A DNA stretch of 45,544 nucleotides from Candidatus Hydrogenedentales bacterium (GCA_044359155.1 JBIKMR010000002.1:1-45544), one strand, 5' to 3'; numbered from the stretch's first letter, positions 10,689 to 21,004 are shown. Translations and numbers: made by a program. Notes: generated from the letters alone by a model not told the origin.

Positions 10689-11675
10689 CTACAACTCGCC
10701 CTGCTGGCCCATCAGCTCCACGAAGCCCTTGAACAGCTTCAGGTCAATCTCGTCCGCCATGTGCGCACGCATGAATTGCAGGCTGTCGAATGAAAGCCGC
10801 GCTTCCTTATAGCTGCGCCGCGTGGTGAGCGCGTCGAAGATATCCACAATGGTACACATGCGCGCCCAGGGGGATATCTCGTCCCCGCTGATGCGGTCAG
10901 GGTAGCCTTTGCCGTTCAGCTTCTCGTGATGGTGACGCGTCACGTCCAGCACAATCGGGTCTTTCATCCCCTGCTCCACAAGGATGTCATACCCATGAAT
11001 CGGGTGCATTCGCATCAGTTGCCATTGCTCATCGCTCAACTGGCCGGGGGAATTGATCACGTCCAGCGGCAGGTTGCTCTTGCCCACATCATGCAGCAAT
11101 GCGCCCTGCCCGAAGCGCTTCACTTCCGCCTCGGGAAAGCCCAAGTGCTGTGCCAGCGCCACGCAAAACGTGAACACGTTCACGCTGTGGGTGTAGGTAT
11201 AGTAATCATAGGAGCAGACCTTGAGCAGGCAGCGAAAGCTGCGCTGTTCACGGTAGATGAAGTTCACCATGTGCGGCACCATCGCCCCGCTCCGCTCCAC
11301 CATCTTGCCGCTACGCGGGTCGTCCATGGCTTCCCGCACTAACCCCTGCGCGGATTCATACATCATCTCCGACCGCTCTTCCACCGGCACCGAGGCGTCC
11401 GCCAGCAGTGCCTCAATGTTCTCCTCGATGTACCGTCGCAACTGTACACGGTCATCGTTCTGCACATACAGCCGCGTCACGCCGTGCTGTTGCAGCCGGT
11501 CGCGAATGTCTTCGGTGAAGGTCAGGTCGCCCGCCCGATACAACACCGGTGGGGCACCGGGCCGCGTTTGCAGCCACAGCGAGAAATCCGTCACCAAGTC
11601 CACGCGCAGCGTGCTTACGGGGATGCTAACGAAGCCGTCAATCGAGGGTATGGCAGGCGCGTTTGGATGTTTCAT
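10689..11675 (-). CDS. HD-GYP domain c-di-GMP phosphodiesterase-type protein
   Basis: Motifs HDVGKS...MRMHPIHGYDIL...HHEKLNGKGYPD (HD...HHExxDGxGYP) are present. The ATG at 11675 gives MKHPNAPAIPS. Confidence 0.85.
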   Translation of the reverse strand: MKHPNAPAIPSIDGFVSIPVSTLRVDLVTDFSLWLQTRPGAPPVLYRAGDLTFTEDIRDRLQQHGVTRLYVQNDDRVQLRRYIEENIEALLADASVPVEERSEMMYESAQGLVREAMDDPRSGKMVERSGAMVPHMVNFIYREQRSFRCLLKVCSYDYYTYTHSVNVFTFCVALAQHLGFPEAEVKRFGQGALLHDVGKSNLPLDVINSPGQLSDEQWQLMRMHPIHGYDILVEQGMKDPIVLDVTRHHHEKLNGKGYPDRISGDEISPWARMCTIVDIFDALTTRRSYKEARLSFDSLQFMRAHMADEIDLKLFKGFVELMGQQGEL

Positions 11676-11726
11676 GCGGGGAGTATAGCCAGACCGCAGG
11701 GGCAAAATCTCTGTGCGCACGCTGCC

Positions 11727-12713
11727 CTATTCAAAGGGATACCGCAATCCCCACTGCCCGCGCAGGGTGTCCATTGTTGCCATGATTTCCTGCGACTTCG
11801 ACCACGGCACACGTGGGCTTTCCGTGCGACCTTCGCGCAGGCATTGCATCACGTGCTCCGCCTCATAGTCATAGCCATTGCCACGCAGCGGCAGGGCTAT
11901 CGTCTCCGGTTCCTGCTCGGGCCGGTGAATCGATATCGCCGGGCAGCGCCCCCAGAAAGGGGTATGAATCTTTATCATCCCCGTCTCGCCCATTAGCCAC
12001 GCATCATAAGGAGTGTCAGTTACCACAGCGCTGGTCAGCGTGGCCAGCCCGCCGTCAGCATACCCAAACAACATCGCTGCCTGTGCGTCCACGCCCGATT
12101 CCGCCCGCTCCCAATCGCTCTGGATACGCGCTGGCGCGCCGCCAAAGAACAGCGAGGCCAGGGCAATCGGATAAATGCCCACGTCGAGCAGGCTGCCACC
12201 CGCGAGATCCGGGTTCAACAACCGCCCCGTCTCTTCCTGGTCTGTGCTGAAACCAAAGTTCGCCTGCACCATCTTCAGCTTGCCAATCGCCCCCGCCCGC
12301 ACCAGTTCTTCCGCCTTGATAATGTGCGGGCTGAAATACATCCACATCGCCTCCATCAAGAAGCAGTTCGCCTTGCGAGCCGCCGCAAGCAACTCTTCCA
12401 GCTGTCTGCCGTTAACCGTCACCGGCTTCTCGCACAGCACATGCTTGCCATGCTCCAGGCACAGGATGCTGTTTTCCAAGTGATACGGGTGCGGCGTGGC
12501 AACGTAAATCACGTCCACCTCGGGGTCTGCCGCAAGCGCGGCATAGCTGCCATGTGCCCGCGACACCCCAAACTCGGCGGCAAATGCATCCGCCCCCGCC
12601 TGCGTGCGCGATCCCACCGCAGCGATCTCCGCATCGGGCAACACCTGCAACCCCGCCGCAAACTTATGCGCAATCGCTCCCGTACCCAATATCCCCCAGC
12701 GAATCTTGTCCAT
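11727..12713 (-). CDS. Gfo/Idh/MocA family NAD(P)-dependent oxidoreductase
   Basis: The ATG at 12713 gives MDKIRWGILGTGAIAHKFAAGL (Rossmann GxGxxA) and the EKP motif (VLCEKPVTVN). The upstream part of the track ORF has no family resemblance. Confidence 0.85.
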   Translation of the reverse strand: MDKIRWGILGTGAIAHKFAAGLQVLPDAEIAAVGSRTQAGADAFAAEFGVSRAHGSYAALAADPEVDVIYVATPHPYHLENSILCLEHGKHVLCEKPVTVNGRQLEELLAAARKANCFLMEAMWMYFSPHIIKAEELVRAGAIGKLKMVQANFGFSTDQEETGRLLNPDLAGGSLLDVGIYPIALASLFFGGAPARIQSDWERAESGVDAQAAMLFGYADGGLATLTSAVVTDTPYDAWLMGETGMIKIHTPFWGRCPAISIHRPEQEPETIALPLRGNGYDYEAEHVMQCLREGRTESPRVPWSKSQEIMATMDTLRGQWGLRYPFE

Positions 12714-13053
12714 GATGATCTCTTTCGTTGCACCGGAGGCGCTTGAAGCAGTGCGGCCTATGGCAGGAAATTGTGGATTTTGAGCCAAGAGCCACGGCCC
12801 GGTTGGCAATTATCTATTTCGCGCCAGCCCCAAACAAATGATGCGCTGATACCTGCTGCCTGCAATCGTCATCTCGGGCGCTGGATAAACTCTTTACACT
12901 TGTTGAGGTAAGAGATCTCGCTTTTCAAACAGGGTGGTATACTCGACTTGTGAAGTGCCGCGTGGCCATGCCGCGTGTTGCTTCAGCCGCAAGCTTCTGC
13001 CTGCGGTCGGACCGATTGGCTACTGCGGTTTTCAGCCTTTAGAGGGTCATGCT

Positions 13054-14292
13054 GTGTTCAATGTACTCACGGTGATTTTGGCGGGCGGCGCGGGGGAGCG
13101 GCTCTACCCGCTGACGGAGAACCGGGCGAAGCCCGCCGTTCCCTTTGGCGGGCTTTACCGCATCATCGACTTCACCCTCTCGAACTGCATCAACAGCGAC
13201 ATGCGCAAGATTCATGTGCTGACGCAGTACAAGTCCAATTCCCTTGTGCGTCATATCCACACGGGCTGGGACGTGGTGAGTCGCCCGCTGGGGGAATTCA
13301 TCGACGTGGTGCCGCCGCAGATGCGGGTGAGCCGTAACTGGTACCTGGGCACGGCGGATGCGCTGTACCAGAACTTGTACAACATCGACCAGGTGAGCCC
13401 GGACGAGGTCATCATTCTTTCGGGGGATCATGTCTACAAGATGGACTACCGGAAAATGCTGTACTTTCACCGGGCTAACAACGCGGACCTGACGATAGCC
13501 ACGGTGCCGGTCCCTCTTGAGGAGGCGCACCGCTTTGGGGTGTTGTCGGTTGACTTGCACGCCCGCGTGACGGGGTTTCAGGAGAAGCCTTGCAACCTGG
13601 ATGGATTCGGGGCGCATGGGGCGTATGCCCATGCGTCTATGGGAATTTATATCTTCAAGGCGCGCGTGTTGCGCGATGTGTGCATTGCGGACGCGGACGA
13701 CGCGAGCAGCTCTCACGACTTCGGGAAGGATATCATCCCGAAGATGATCCGCTCGCACCGGGTGGTGGCGCACATGTTCGACGACGTGAACCATAAGGAC
13801 ACGCCCTATTGGCGCGACGTGGGAACGTTGTCTAGCTATTTTGAAGCGAACATGGATTTGCTGGAAGTGGAGCCGCACTTCAACCTGTATGACAAGAAGT
13901 GGCCCCAGCGCAGCAACTTGCCGGTGGCACCGCCAGCCAAGTTTGTGTTTGGCGATCCGGGTGAGCGCTTTGGCGTGGCGATTGATTCCATTGTAAGCCC
14001 AGGCTGCATTGTCAGCGGGGGCACCGTGCGCCGTTGTGTGCTCTCGCCCGACGTGCGGGTGAACTCGTTCTCGTCTGTCGAGAACTCGATCCTCTTCGAG
14101 GGGTGCAGTGTTGGTCGGCATTCGAAGGTGAGGAACGCCATAATTGAGAAGCGCGTCCATTTGCCCGCCGGTACGGTGATAGGGTATGACTTGGAAGAAG
14201 ACGCGCAGCGCTTTCATGTGTCGCCCGAGGGAATCGTGGTGGTGACAGCGCCCCCGGTTGTTGAATTCGCCGGGGCACCCGCGTTTCTTTGA
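13054..14292 (+). CDS. glgC: Glucose-1-phosphate adenylyltransferase
   Basis: VLTVILAGGAGERLYPLTENRAKPAVPFGGLYRIIDFTLSNCINS and GTADALYQN are classic GlgC motifs. The GTG at 13054 lies 7 nt after AGAGGG (13041-13046). The 40-aa extension from 12934 in the track is atypical for GlgC. Confidence 0.85.
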   Translation: MFNVLTVILAGGAGERLYPLTENRAKPAVPFGGLYRIIDFTLSNCINSDMRKIHVLTQYKSNSLVRHIHTGWDVVSRPLGEFIDVVPPQMRVSRNWYLGTADALYQNLYNIDQVSPDEVIILSGDHVYKMDYRKMLYFHRANNADLTIATVPVPLEEAHRFGVLSVDLHARVTGFQEKPCNLDGFGAHGAYAHASMGIYIFKARVLRDVCIADADDASSSHDFGKDIIPKMIRSHRVVAHMFDDVNHKDTPYWRDVGTLSSYFEANMDLLEVEPHFNLYDKKWPQRSNLPVAPPAKFVFGDPGERFGVAIDSIVSPGCIVSGGTVRRCVLSPDVRVNSFSSVENSILFEGCSVGRHSKVRNAIIEKRVHLPAGTVIGYDLEEDAQRFHVSPEGIVVVTAPPVVEFAGAPAFL

Positions 14293-14306
14293 ACCTGGAG
14301 ATACCT

Positions 14307-15275
14307 ATGTTTGCGGTTACGCTTGTCGCCCTGTGTTCCCTTGTGAGTGTGCCCCCCTTGCCCGAAGCCTACCAGCCGCTGGCGGCGGTGTGGGAGGATG
14401 AGAAGGCGCTGACGGATACGCTGCGGGCGATTGACAAGGCGCAGTCTAAGGAGATGGAGGTGTTGATGGAGGCCTTGCGCGGAGGGGCGGCCCCGGAAGG
14501 CGCAGCCAAGACGCCAGATGCCATTGCCGCCGAGGGCAAGCAAAAAACTACGGACCTGCGGACGGTGTATGAGCTTGCCGTGGAGGCCTACCCGAACAAC
14601 GCACGGCTGCGCACCTACTATGGCGAGGTGCTGTATGACCGCTTCGGAGACAACGCGGGGGCCATCAAGCAGTGGCAGCAGGCCTTGAGCCTGGATGAGG
14701 AGTTCAGTCCGGTCTACAACAACCTGGCCCTGCACTATATCCACCTGGGCGAATATGCCAAGGGCCTTGGTCTGTTGGATGTGGCCTTAAAGCATGACAA
14801 GAAGAACACGGACTACCTGTTCAACATGGTGAATATTTACCTGGTTCATTTTCCCGAGGTGGCCAAGCTGCGCAAGTGGGACACTGCACGGGTATACAAA
14901 GAAGCGATGAAGCTGTCCAAGAAGGCGGCCTCCCTTGCGGAGGAGGACTACACCCTGCTCGAGGATTACGCGGTCAATTTCTATGCGGCGGAGAATTTCA
15001 AGGTGGTGGCAGACTGGGAAGCTGCGGCCAAGGCATGGGGCGCGGCGCGTGGCAAGGCGCGGGATACGGACGAACAGTTCTATTGCTGGCTGAACGAGGC
15101 GCGGGTGTGGATGAAGGCAGGCGAAAACGAGAAGGCACGCCCTTGCTTGGACGAGGCGCTGCGCATCCGCCCCGAAAGCGAGCCTGTGCGCGAGTTGCTT
15201 AACCGCGTGAACGGAGTTGCAACCGAATCGAGCCAGCCAGCGCCCCAGCCCGAGAAATCGCCCGCCAGCCCATGA
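14307..15275 (+). CDS. Secreted TPR-repeat protein
   Basis: The ATG at 14307 lies after GGAGA (14296-14300) and gives a signal-like N-terminus, MFAVTLVALCSLVSVPP. TPR-like helical repeats follow (AYPNNARLRTYYGEVLY..., SPVYNNLALHYIHLGEYAKGL...). The ORF ends with an ATGA overlap into lepB. Confidence 0.65.
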   Translation: MFAVTLVALCSLVSVPPLPEAYQPLAAVWEDEKALTDTLRAIDKAQSKEMEVLMEALRGGAAPEGAAKTPDAIAAEGKQKTTDLRTVYELAVEAYPNNARLRTYYGEVLYDRFGDNAGAIKQWQQALSLDEEFSPVYNNLALHYIHLGEYAKGLGLLDVALKHDKKNTDYLFNMVNIYLVHFPEVAKLRKWDTARVYKEAMKLSKKAASLAEEDYTLLEDYAVNFYAAENFKVVADWEAAAKAWGAARGKARDTDEQFYCWLNEARVWMKAGENEKARPCLDEALRIRPESEPVRELLNRVNGVATESSQPAPQPEKSPASP

Positions 15276-15847
15276 GTGGTGCGGCAGACCTTCCAGAGCC
15301 GGGTGTGTCGCCCGGTGTCCGCTGGAGCATTCGCGTGGCCAACGTGCTTCTGCTCCTGCTATTCGCGGCATTGGCGTATTTCTTCATCTACCGCGAAGCG
15401 CGCTTTTTCCTCGTACCCTCGGGTTCCATGATTCCCACGCTAATGCCGGGCGACCGCATCGTCACGCTGAATGAGGCGGAGTATCAGCGGGGAGATATCG
15501 TGGTGATTTGGGACGAGGAAACGCGTGAGGACTTGGTGAAGCGCATTGCCGGGGTGGAAGGGGATGAGCTTTCCATCGAGGGCGGGGCGCTTTTTCTGAA
15601 CGGAGCCTACGCATCGGAGCCCTACGTGGCCGAGCCGATGCGCTACGAGTTCCAGCCGTTGGGCTCCATCGCCACCGGGCAGGTGCTGTTACTGGGAGAC
15701 AACCGCAACCACAGCGCCGATAGCAGCGTGACCCAGCACACCTACCCAACCAGCGCAATCAAGGGTCGGGTCCGCTTCATCTATTTCCCGCTGCAACGTC
15801 GTGGGCTGGTGCAGCGGTTCCCGTTGGTTAACTCATTGGGACAATAG
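15272..15847 (+). CDS. lepB: Signal peptidase I
   Basis: It has a TM helix, then PSGSMIPTLMPGDRIV (catalytic Ser box), GDIVV, VKRIAGVEGD (Lys box) and LLGDNRNHSADS. Confidence 0.85.
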   Translation: MSGAADLPEPGVSPGVRWSIRVANVLLLLLFAALAYFFIYREARFFLVPSGSMIPTLMPGDRIVTLNEAEYQRGDIVVIWDEETREDLVKRIAGVEGDELSIEGGALFLNGAYASEPYVAEPMRYEFQPLGSIATGQVLLLGDNRNHSADSSVTQHTYPTSAIKGRVRFIYFPLQRRGLVQRFPLVNSLGQ

Positions 15848-15885
15848 CTGGGGGACCGCAAGCCTGGCGAGCGACGGAGCTTTTC

Positions 15886-17055
15886 TTACTCCTGCTGCAA
15901 CCGCTTCTTCTGCTCGCCCTGCAACATCGCGTGAGCCTCGTGGAGGTAGCCGATGATAGCGTCGGCGTATGGGGATTTTTCCAAGGCGGGGCGAACAGCG
16001 TCAATGTCGGCGGCTTCTTTCACGCGGCGACCGGGGAACCAGGTGCCGCCGCTGCCGAGCAGGTTGTAGCGCATCTTGGCGTATTCCACCATGTCGAAGG
16101 CGAGCGCCAAGTTACGCAGGCGCAGCATCACGGCGATGTTCAAACCGCCGGGGGTGTCCTCGGGTTCGGGTAGGCCTGTGTTCCAGGTCTGCGCCCATTC
16201 CGCGCCCACGGCGGATTCCAGCGCATCGCGCAGGCGCGCCTCGATTGGGGGAAGCAACTCGGCGGATTGATCGAGCAGCGCCACCATCTCCATGTGTTCA
16301 TCGAAGTCTGAAGGCCGCGCCACGCCACAGCTGAGGGTATGCACCTCGGGGCGTTGCAGGCACCACAGGCCGTTGAACACCATGGGGTGCAGCGGGGCGC
16401 AGAGTTCGCGCAACTTTTCGCTGGGCTTGTAGAGCAGGCCGCCCTTGTCGTTGGGGCTGATGATGAACACGCCCATGTCGCGCTGGGCACACGCCTCAAT
16501 GCAGGACCAGTTGTCCTGGAAGATGTAGTACCAGTGCAGGTTCACGTGCTCGAAGCGCTCGGTCTCGATGGCCTTCTGGATGACGTGCGTGGGGGCGTGG
16601 GTGGAGAAGCCGATGTCGCGTATGCGACCCTGTTTCTTCCATTCCTCGGCCTTGTCCAAGCAGGGCATTGCCCATTCCAGTTCCTGCATGGTGTTGATGC
16701 CATGCACCGAGAAGATGTCCACGTAGTCCAGCTTAAGCAGCGACATGGACTTCTCGAAGGTGTCCACGAATTTCTCGACGCTCTCGTAAGCTTCCACCTT
16801 TGTCTGAACCAGCATCTTGTCGCGCGGCAGCGTGGGCAGTATCTTGCCCAACTGGTATTCGCTGGTGCCATAACCGCGCGCCGTCTCAATGTGGTTCACG
16901 CCCACTTCAAGCGCGCGGCGAATGCAGGCTTCCAGGTTGGCCTGGCTCTCGTCGCTAACCGGGTCGCTGTCTTTCCAAGATTGCTGGTAGCGCATTCCGC
17001 CGCAGCTCACCACGGGAATCTGAAACTCGGTCTTGCCAAAACGCCGGTATTGCAT
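15886..17055 (-). CDS. Aldo/keto reductase family oxidoreductase (long form with a C-terminal extension)
   Basis: MQYRRFGKTEFQIPVVSCGGMRYQ...INHIETARGYGTSE... is typical of AKR-type predicted oxidoreductases. ATG at 17055. Confidence 0.75.
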   Translation of the reverse strand: MQYRRFGKTEFQIPVVSCGGMRYQQSWKDSDPVSDESQANLEACIRRALEVGVNHIETARGYGTSEYQLGKILPTLPRDKMLVQTKVEAYESVEKFVDTFEKSMSLLKLDYVDIFSVHGINTMQELEWAMPCLDKAEEWKKQGRIRDIGFSTHAPTHVIQKAIETERFEHVNLHWYYIFQDNWSCIEACAQRDMGVFIISPNDKGGLLYKPSEKLRELCAPLHPMVFNGLWCLQRPEVHTLSCGVARPSDFDEHMEMVALLDQSAELLPPIEARLRDALESAVGAEWAQTWNTGLPEPEDTPGGLNIAVMLRLRNLALAFDMVEYAKMRYNLLGSGGTWFPGRRVKEAADIDAVRPALEKSPYADAIIGYLHEAHAMLQGEQKKRLQQE

Positions 17056-17085
17056 CGTGTCTTCTCTCTTGTTGCCTTGCGCCCG

Positions 17086-18183
17086 CTATAACTGCGTGGC
17101 GTTGCGCTTCTTCAGTTCGGCCACCAAGTGGCGCACGTCTTGTGCGCGATCCTTGGGGATCACCAGCACGGCGTCTGCCGTAACGGCGATAACCAGATCA
17201 TGCACGCCTGCCACGCCTACCGCCACCTGCGCCGCGCCGGGCGCGTTGTATACGATGCAGCCGGTACTGTCGATCAGCACCGGGTCGCCGGTTGTGCTGT
17301 TGCCATTCTCGTCTGGCGGCAACAGGTGATCCAAGTGGGACCACAGGCCCACATCGCGCCAGGGGAAATCGGCCACCACCATGAGTACGTTGGTAGCGCG
17401 CTCCATCAGGGCGTAGTCGATCGAGATGTCTTCCAGTGACTCAAACAATTCCAGTGCTTCGACCGCGTTGCCGCGTTTCAATGCGGCTGCCATGCCATGG
17501 CCGATAGTGGCGAGGTCGGGCCGGGCCTGCTGGAACTGGGCGTAGAAGGTGGACAGCCGCCAGAAGAACATGCCGCTGTTCCAGAAGTGGTTGCCTTGCG
17601 CTATGAAGGCTTCAGCCTTGGCGAGATTAGGCTTTTCGTGAAACGCGGCCACGGGGTGAAAGCCATCGTCCCGCGCGGCGGCTGCCTCGATGTAGCCGAA
17701 TCCGGTCTCGGGGGTGTCGGGCAATATGCCGCAGATCACCAGTGTGTCTTCGCGCTCAGCCGTCGATAGTGCGGCGTTGAGCGTGGCGAGGAAGTTTTCC
17801 GGTGCGCCAATCTTATGGTCCGCCGTGACGATGGCTAGGCTGATGTCTTCAGGGGAAAGCTCTGGGTGCGCGGCCAGGATATGCGCCGAGATGTAGAGCA
17901 GTGCGCCAGCGGTGTTGCGCTTGCACGGTTCCGCCACCACATTCTCGGGCGGCACGCCCACGTTGGCAAGGCGAATGGGGTCTACCAGCGAACGCGAGGT
18001 TATCACATAGATGCGCTCGCGCGGGGTGATGGGAACCAAGCGGTCCACGGCCTCCGCCAGCATTGAGCGGTTGGGATCGGTGAGGTGGAGCAACTGCTTG
18101 GGGCGCGACTGGCGTGACAAAGGCCAGAAGCGCTCGCCCGCGCCGCCCGCCATGATGACTGCAAATCGTTGGATATTCGACAA
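17086..18183 (-). CDS. Mannose-1-phosphate guanylyltransferase-like sugar-1-P nucleotidyltransferase
   Basis: FAVIMAGGAGERFWPLSRQSRPKQLL is the NTP-transferase signature. The TTG at 18183 lies 10 nt after AGGAG. The first ATG would remove the first beta-strand. Confidence 0.8.
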   Translation of the reverse strand: MSNIQRFAVIMAGGAGERFWPLSRQSRPKQLLHLTDPNRSMLAEAVDRLVPITPRERIYVITSRSLVDPIRLANVGVPPENVVAEPCKRNTAGALLYISAHILAAHPELSPEDISLAIVTADHKIGAPENFLATLNAALSTAEREDTLVICGILPDTPETGFGYIEAAAARDDGFHPVAAFHEKPNLAKAEAFIAQGNHFWNSGMFFWRLSTFYAQFQQARPDLATIGHGMAAALKRGNAVEALELFESLEDISIDYALMERATNVLMVVADFPWRDVGLWSHLDHLLPPDENGNSTTGDPVLIDSTGCIVYNAPGAAQVAVGVAGVHDLVIAVTADAVLVIPKDRAQDVRHLVAELKKRNATQL

Positions 18184-18196
18184 GGGGATACTACTC

Positions 18197-19642
18197 CTAG
18201 GGGGCGACGGCCCAGATGGGTTCCGGTCTGCAGCCGGTTTCCTTCAACAACACCTGCAACTGCCCCGATAGTTCCACGAAGGTCTCGGCAGCGGGGGCGG
18301 CCTTTCGCTTGCCGCGAATGAACCCGTCTAGTGTACCGCCTTCGCTGGTGGTGATGTAGGGGGCAAGCAGGTTGTTGCGTTCTTGCGGGTCGGTGGCGAT
18401 GTCGTACATCTCATACCGGTCCCACACGCCGTGGTATTGCATCAGCTTGCGATTGCCGGTATGCACGCCCAGCACGGTGGGGGTCTGCGGAAAGCTGCGC
18501 TCCCAGAAGTATTCGTAGAGGAAGGCTTCTCGCCATGCGCTGGCATCTCCCTTGATGACGGGCCAGAGCGAGCGCCCGTGGAATTCGGCTGGCGCAGCCA
18601 CGCCTGCCAATTCCAGAAAGGTGGGGGCATAGTCGAGGTTGGTCACTAGCTCCGTGCGGCGTTCGCCAGCAGGCAAGGTGCCGGGGCACCACATGAGCAG
18701 CGGCACGCGGATGGACGGTTCGTACATGGTGCGCTTGTCTATCAGGCCATGCTCGCCAAACTGGAATCCGTTATCCGAGGTGAAGACCACAAGCGTGTCT
18801 TGGGCGATGCCCTGCGCCGTGAGAAGTTCCATCACCTTGCCAACGCTGTCGTCGACGGCGCGCATAGTCTCGGCATAGTCCTTGGCGAACTGGTCGAAGT
18901 CCACGGTCTTGTTATACATGCCATCCACACCATGCCAGCTTTCGCGCTGTGAGCGCACCCATTCGGGCTTGCCCGCATAGTTCTCGTCGGTGTCCGCCAT
19001 GGTGTCGGGGTGGGGATAGGTCTCGTTAGCGTAGCTGCCCTTGTGGCGTTCTGCCGGAAAGAAATCAGCGTGGACTGCTTTGTGCGCGAGAAAGAGCATG
19101 AAGGGCCTGTCACGCTTGCGTTCGATAAAGTCGGTGGCGAAACCCGTCAACAGGTCGGTGATGTAGCCCTCGTGCTTCGACTCCTCACCATTCACGTTGA
19201 GCACGGGGTTCTCATACACGCCCTGTCCCTTGAAGGAAACCCAATGGTCGAAGCCGGGGCGTGGCGCGGCGGATTCTCCGCCCATGTGCCACTTGCCGAT
19301 GAAGGCGGTCTCGTAGCCCGCACCCTGCAACAGGTGGGGGAAGGTGGGCAGGCCCTCGGGCAGCGCGGTGATGTTGTCCAGCACGCCGTGCTGGTGCGCG
19401 TATTGGCTGGTGAGAATGGTGGCGCGGCTGGGGGAGCAGAGGGCGGTGGTCACATAGGCGCGCTCGAAGAGCAGCCCCTCCGCCGCCATGCGGTCGAGGT
19501 GGGGCGTCTTCAGGAAGGGGTGCCCCATGCAACTCATCGCGTCGAAGCGTTGATCGTCGGTGAGGATAAACACAATATTGCGCGGGGCGGCGTGTGCCGA
19601 GAGGCAGAGCAAGCACCACAGGACCGAGAGCACCAGCCTCAT
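18197..19642 (-). CDS. Cys-type sulfatase (secreted)
   Basis: The ATG at 19642 gives signal peptide MRLVLSVLWCLLCLSAHAAP, then NIVFILTDDQRFD and the CSPSR (CxPxR) formylglycine motif. It overlaps the upstream sulfatase stop by 4 nt (ATGA). The track extension to 19885 overlaps that gene. Confidence 0.85.
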   Translation of the reverse strand: MRLVLSVLWCLLCLSAHAAPRNIVFILTDDQRFDAMSCMGHPFLKTPHLDRMAAEGLLFERAYVTTALCSPSRATILTSQYAHQHGVLDNITALPEGLPTFPHLLQGAGYETAFIGKWHMGGESAAPRPGFDHWVSFKGQGVYENPVLNVNGEESKHEGYITDLLTGFATDFIERKRDRPFMLFLAHKAVHADFFPAERHKGSYANETYPHPDTMADTDENYAGKPEWVRSQRESWHGVDGMYNKTVDFDQFAKDYAETMRAVDDSVGKVMELLTAQGIAQDTLVVFTSDNGFQFGEHGLIDKRTMYEPSIRVPLLMWCPGTLPAGERRTELVTNLDYAPTFLELAGVAAPAEFHGRSLWPVIKGDASAWREAFLYEYFWERSFPQTPTVLGVHTGNRKLMQYHGVWDRYEMYDIATDPQERNNLLAPYITTSEGGTLDGFIRGKRKAAPAAETFVELSGQLQVLLKETGCRPEPIWAVAP

Positions 19643-20988
19643 GGCTGCGCCGCTTCCACTTCCGCCAGCCATGCCTCGTGCAGGGCAGTCAGTTCCGCCA
19701 CAATCTCGGGGTTCTTTGCGGCAAGGTCTTCCCGCTCCCGGTGGTCTTCGTCTAGGTTGCTGAGGAACAGCGCATCCACCGGGGCAGCGTCTTTCGGCAG
19801 GGTGGGGTCGGTGGTGTTCACCATCAACTTCCAAGGTCCCTTGCGCACGGCCCATTGAACCTTGTCTCCCTTGCCCCAATGCCACACGAGATGCTCATGC
19901 GGGGAGGGCAGTTCGCCATCGTAGAGCATGGAGGTCATGCTTACGCCGTCCAACTTTTTGTTGGGCAGTGGCACGCCGCAAAATTCCGCCAGCGTGGGGA
20001 GCCAGTCACAGCCATGCACTTCCTGGTCGCGCACGGCGCCTGCGGGCAGGTGGCCGGGCCAGCGGATGATGGCGGGCACGCGGATGCCCCCCTCGAAGAA
20101 GGAGAACTTGGCTCCGCGATAGGAACCTGCACTGCCGCCGCCAAAGTGCGCACGCTCTTCCACGCTATGGCCGTTGTCTGCCTGGAACACCACGATGGTG
20201 TCCTCGGCCAAGCCGTCCGCGTCCACGTGCGCCAGCAGTCGCCCGATGCTCGCGTCCACGGTGGAGAGGAAGGCGGCGTAGAGATCGCGCGGGTAGGCCA
20301 TGCCGGCCTCGCGGTATTTCTCCAGCCATTCGGCTTTCCCTTGGTAGGGGTAATGGGGGCCATTGATGGCGAGGTACAGGAAGTAAGGGGCTTCGCGGTG
20401 GGACACCATGAACTGCACGGCTTCATCGACAATACGGTCCGGGAAGAAACGACCGTCCTCGAATATCTCTTCACCGTTTCGGTAGAGGTCGTGCTGGTTG
20501 GGGCCGCTCCAGAAATGGAAGTGGGAATAGTTGTCGATGCAGCCGCCCATGTGGCCGTAGGAATAATCGAAGCCTTGGGCAGTGGGCATGGTTTCGGGCG
20601 TGAACCCAAGGTGCCACTTGCCGAAATGCCCGGTGGCATAGCCCGCATCGTGGAACATCTCGGCCATTGTCACCTCGTCGGCGGGCATACCGGCCTCGGG
20701 CGATACGTTACTTGGCACGCCCGCGCGTAGGGGATAGCGCCCCGTGAGCAGGCCCGCCCGCGAAGGAGAGCAGACCGGGGCGGGGGCATAACACTGCGTC
20801 AGCCGCACGCCGCCATCGCCCAGCGCCTTGAGGTGGGGGAGTTCCAAATCGCGCGCGCCGAATCCGGGAGCGTCCACCGTGCCTTGGTCGTCGGTGTAGA
20901 TGACGATAACGTTTGGCTTGCGTGCGTGGGCCAATGCTGGTGAGAGCAGCAAGGCGAGCAAGGTGAGGTAAATCAGGTCTTGGCGCAT
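19639..20988 (-). CDS. Cys-type sulfatase (secreted)
   Basis: The ATG at 20988 gives signal peptide MRQDLIYLTLLALLLSPALAHA, then PNVIVIYTDDQG, CSPSRAGLLTGRYP and GKWHLG. Confidence 0.85.
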   Translation of the reverse strand: MRQDLIYLTLLALLLSPALAHARKPNVIVIYTDDQGTVDAPGFGARDLELPHLKALGDGGVRLTQCYAPAPVCSPSRAGLLTGRYPLRAGVPSNVSPEAGMPADEVTMAEMFHDAGYATGHFGKWHLGFTPETMPTAQGFDYSYGHMGGCIDNYSHFHFWSGPNQHDLYRNGEEIFEDGRFFPDRIVDEAVQFMVSHREAPYFLYLAINGPHYPYQGKAEWLEKYREAGMAYPRDLYAAFLSTVDASIGRLLAHVDADGLAEDTIVVFQADNGHSVEERAHFGGGSAGSYRGAKFSFFEGGIRVPAIIRWPGHLPAGAVRDQEVHGCDWLPTLAEFCGVPLPNKKLDGVSMTSMLYDGELPSPHEHLVWHWGKGDKVQWAVRKGPWKLMVNTTDPTLPKDAAPVDALFLSNLDEDHREREDLAAKNPEIVAELTALHEAWLAEVEAAQP

Positions 20989-21004
20989 GGTAGGGGGCTT
21001 TCCC

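Noticed and set aside
13039-14217. 392-aa minus-strand ORF
   Set aside because: It lies antisense to glgC, is Arg/His-rich and low in complexity, and shows no family resemblance.
19643-19885. 81-codon N-terminal extension of the first sulfatase
   Set aside because: It overlaps the upstream sulfatase coding region. The ATG at 19642 gives a clean signal peptide and an ATGA stop/start overlap.
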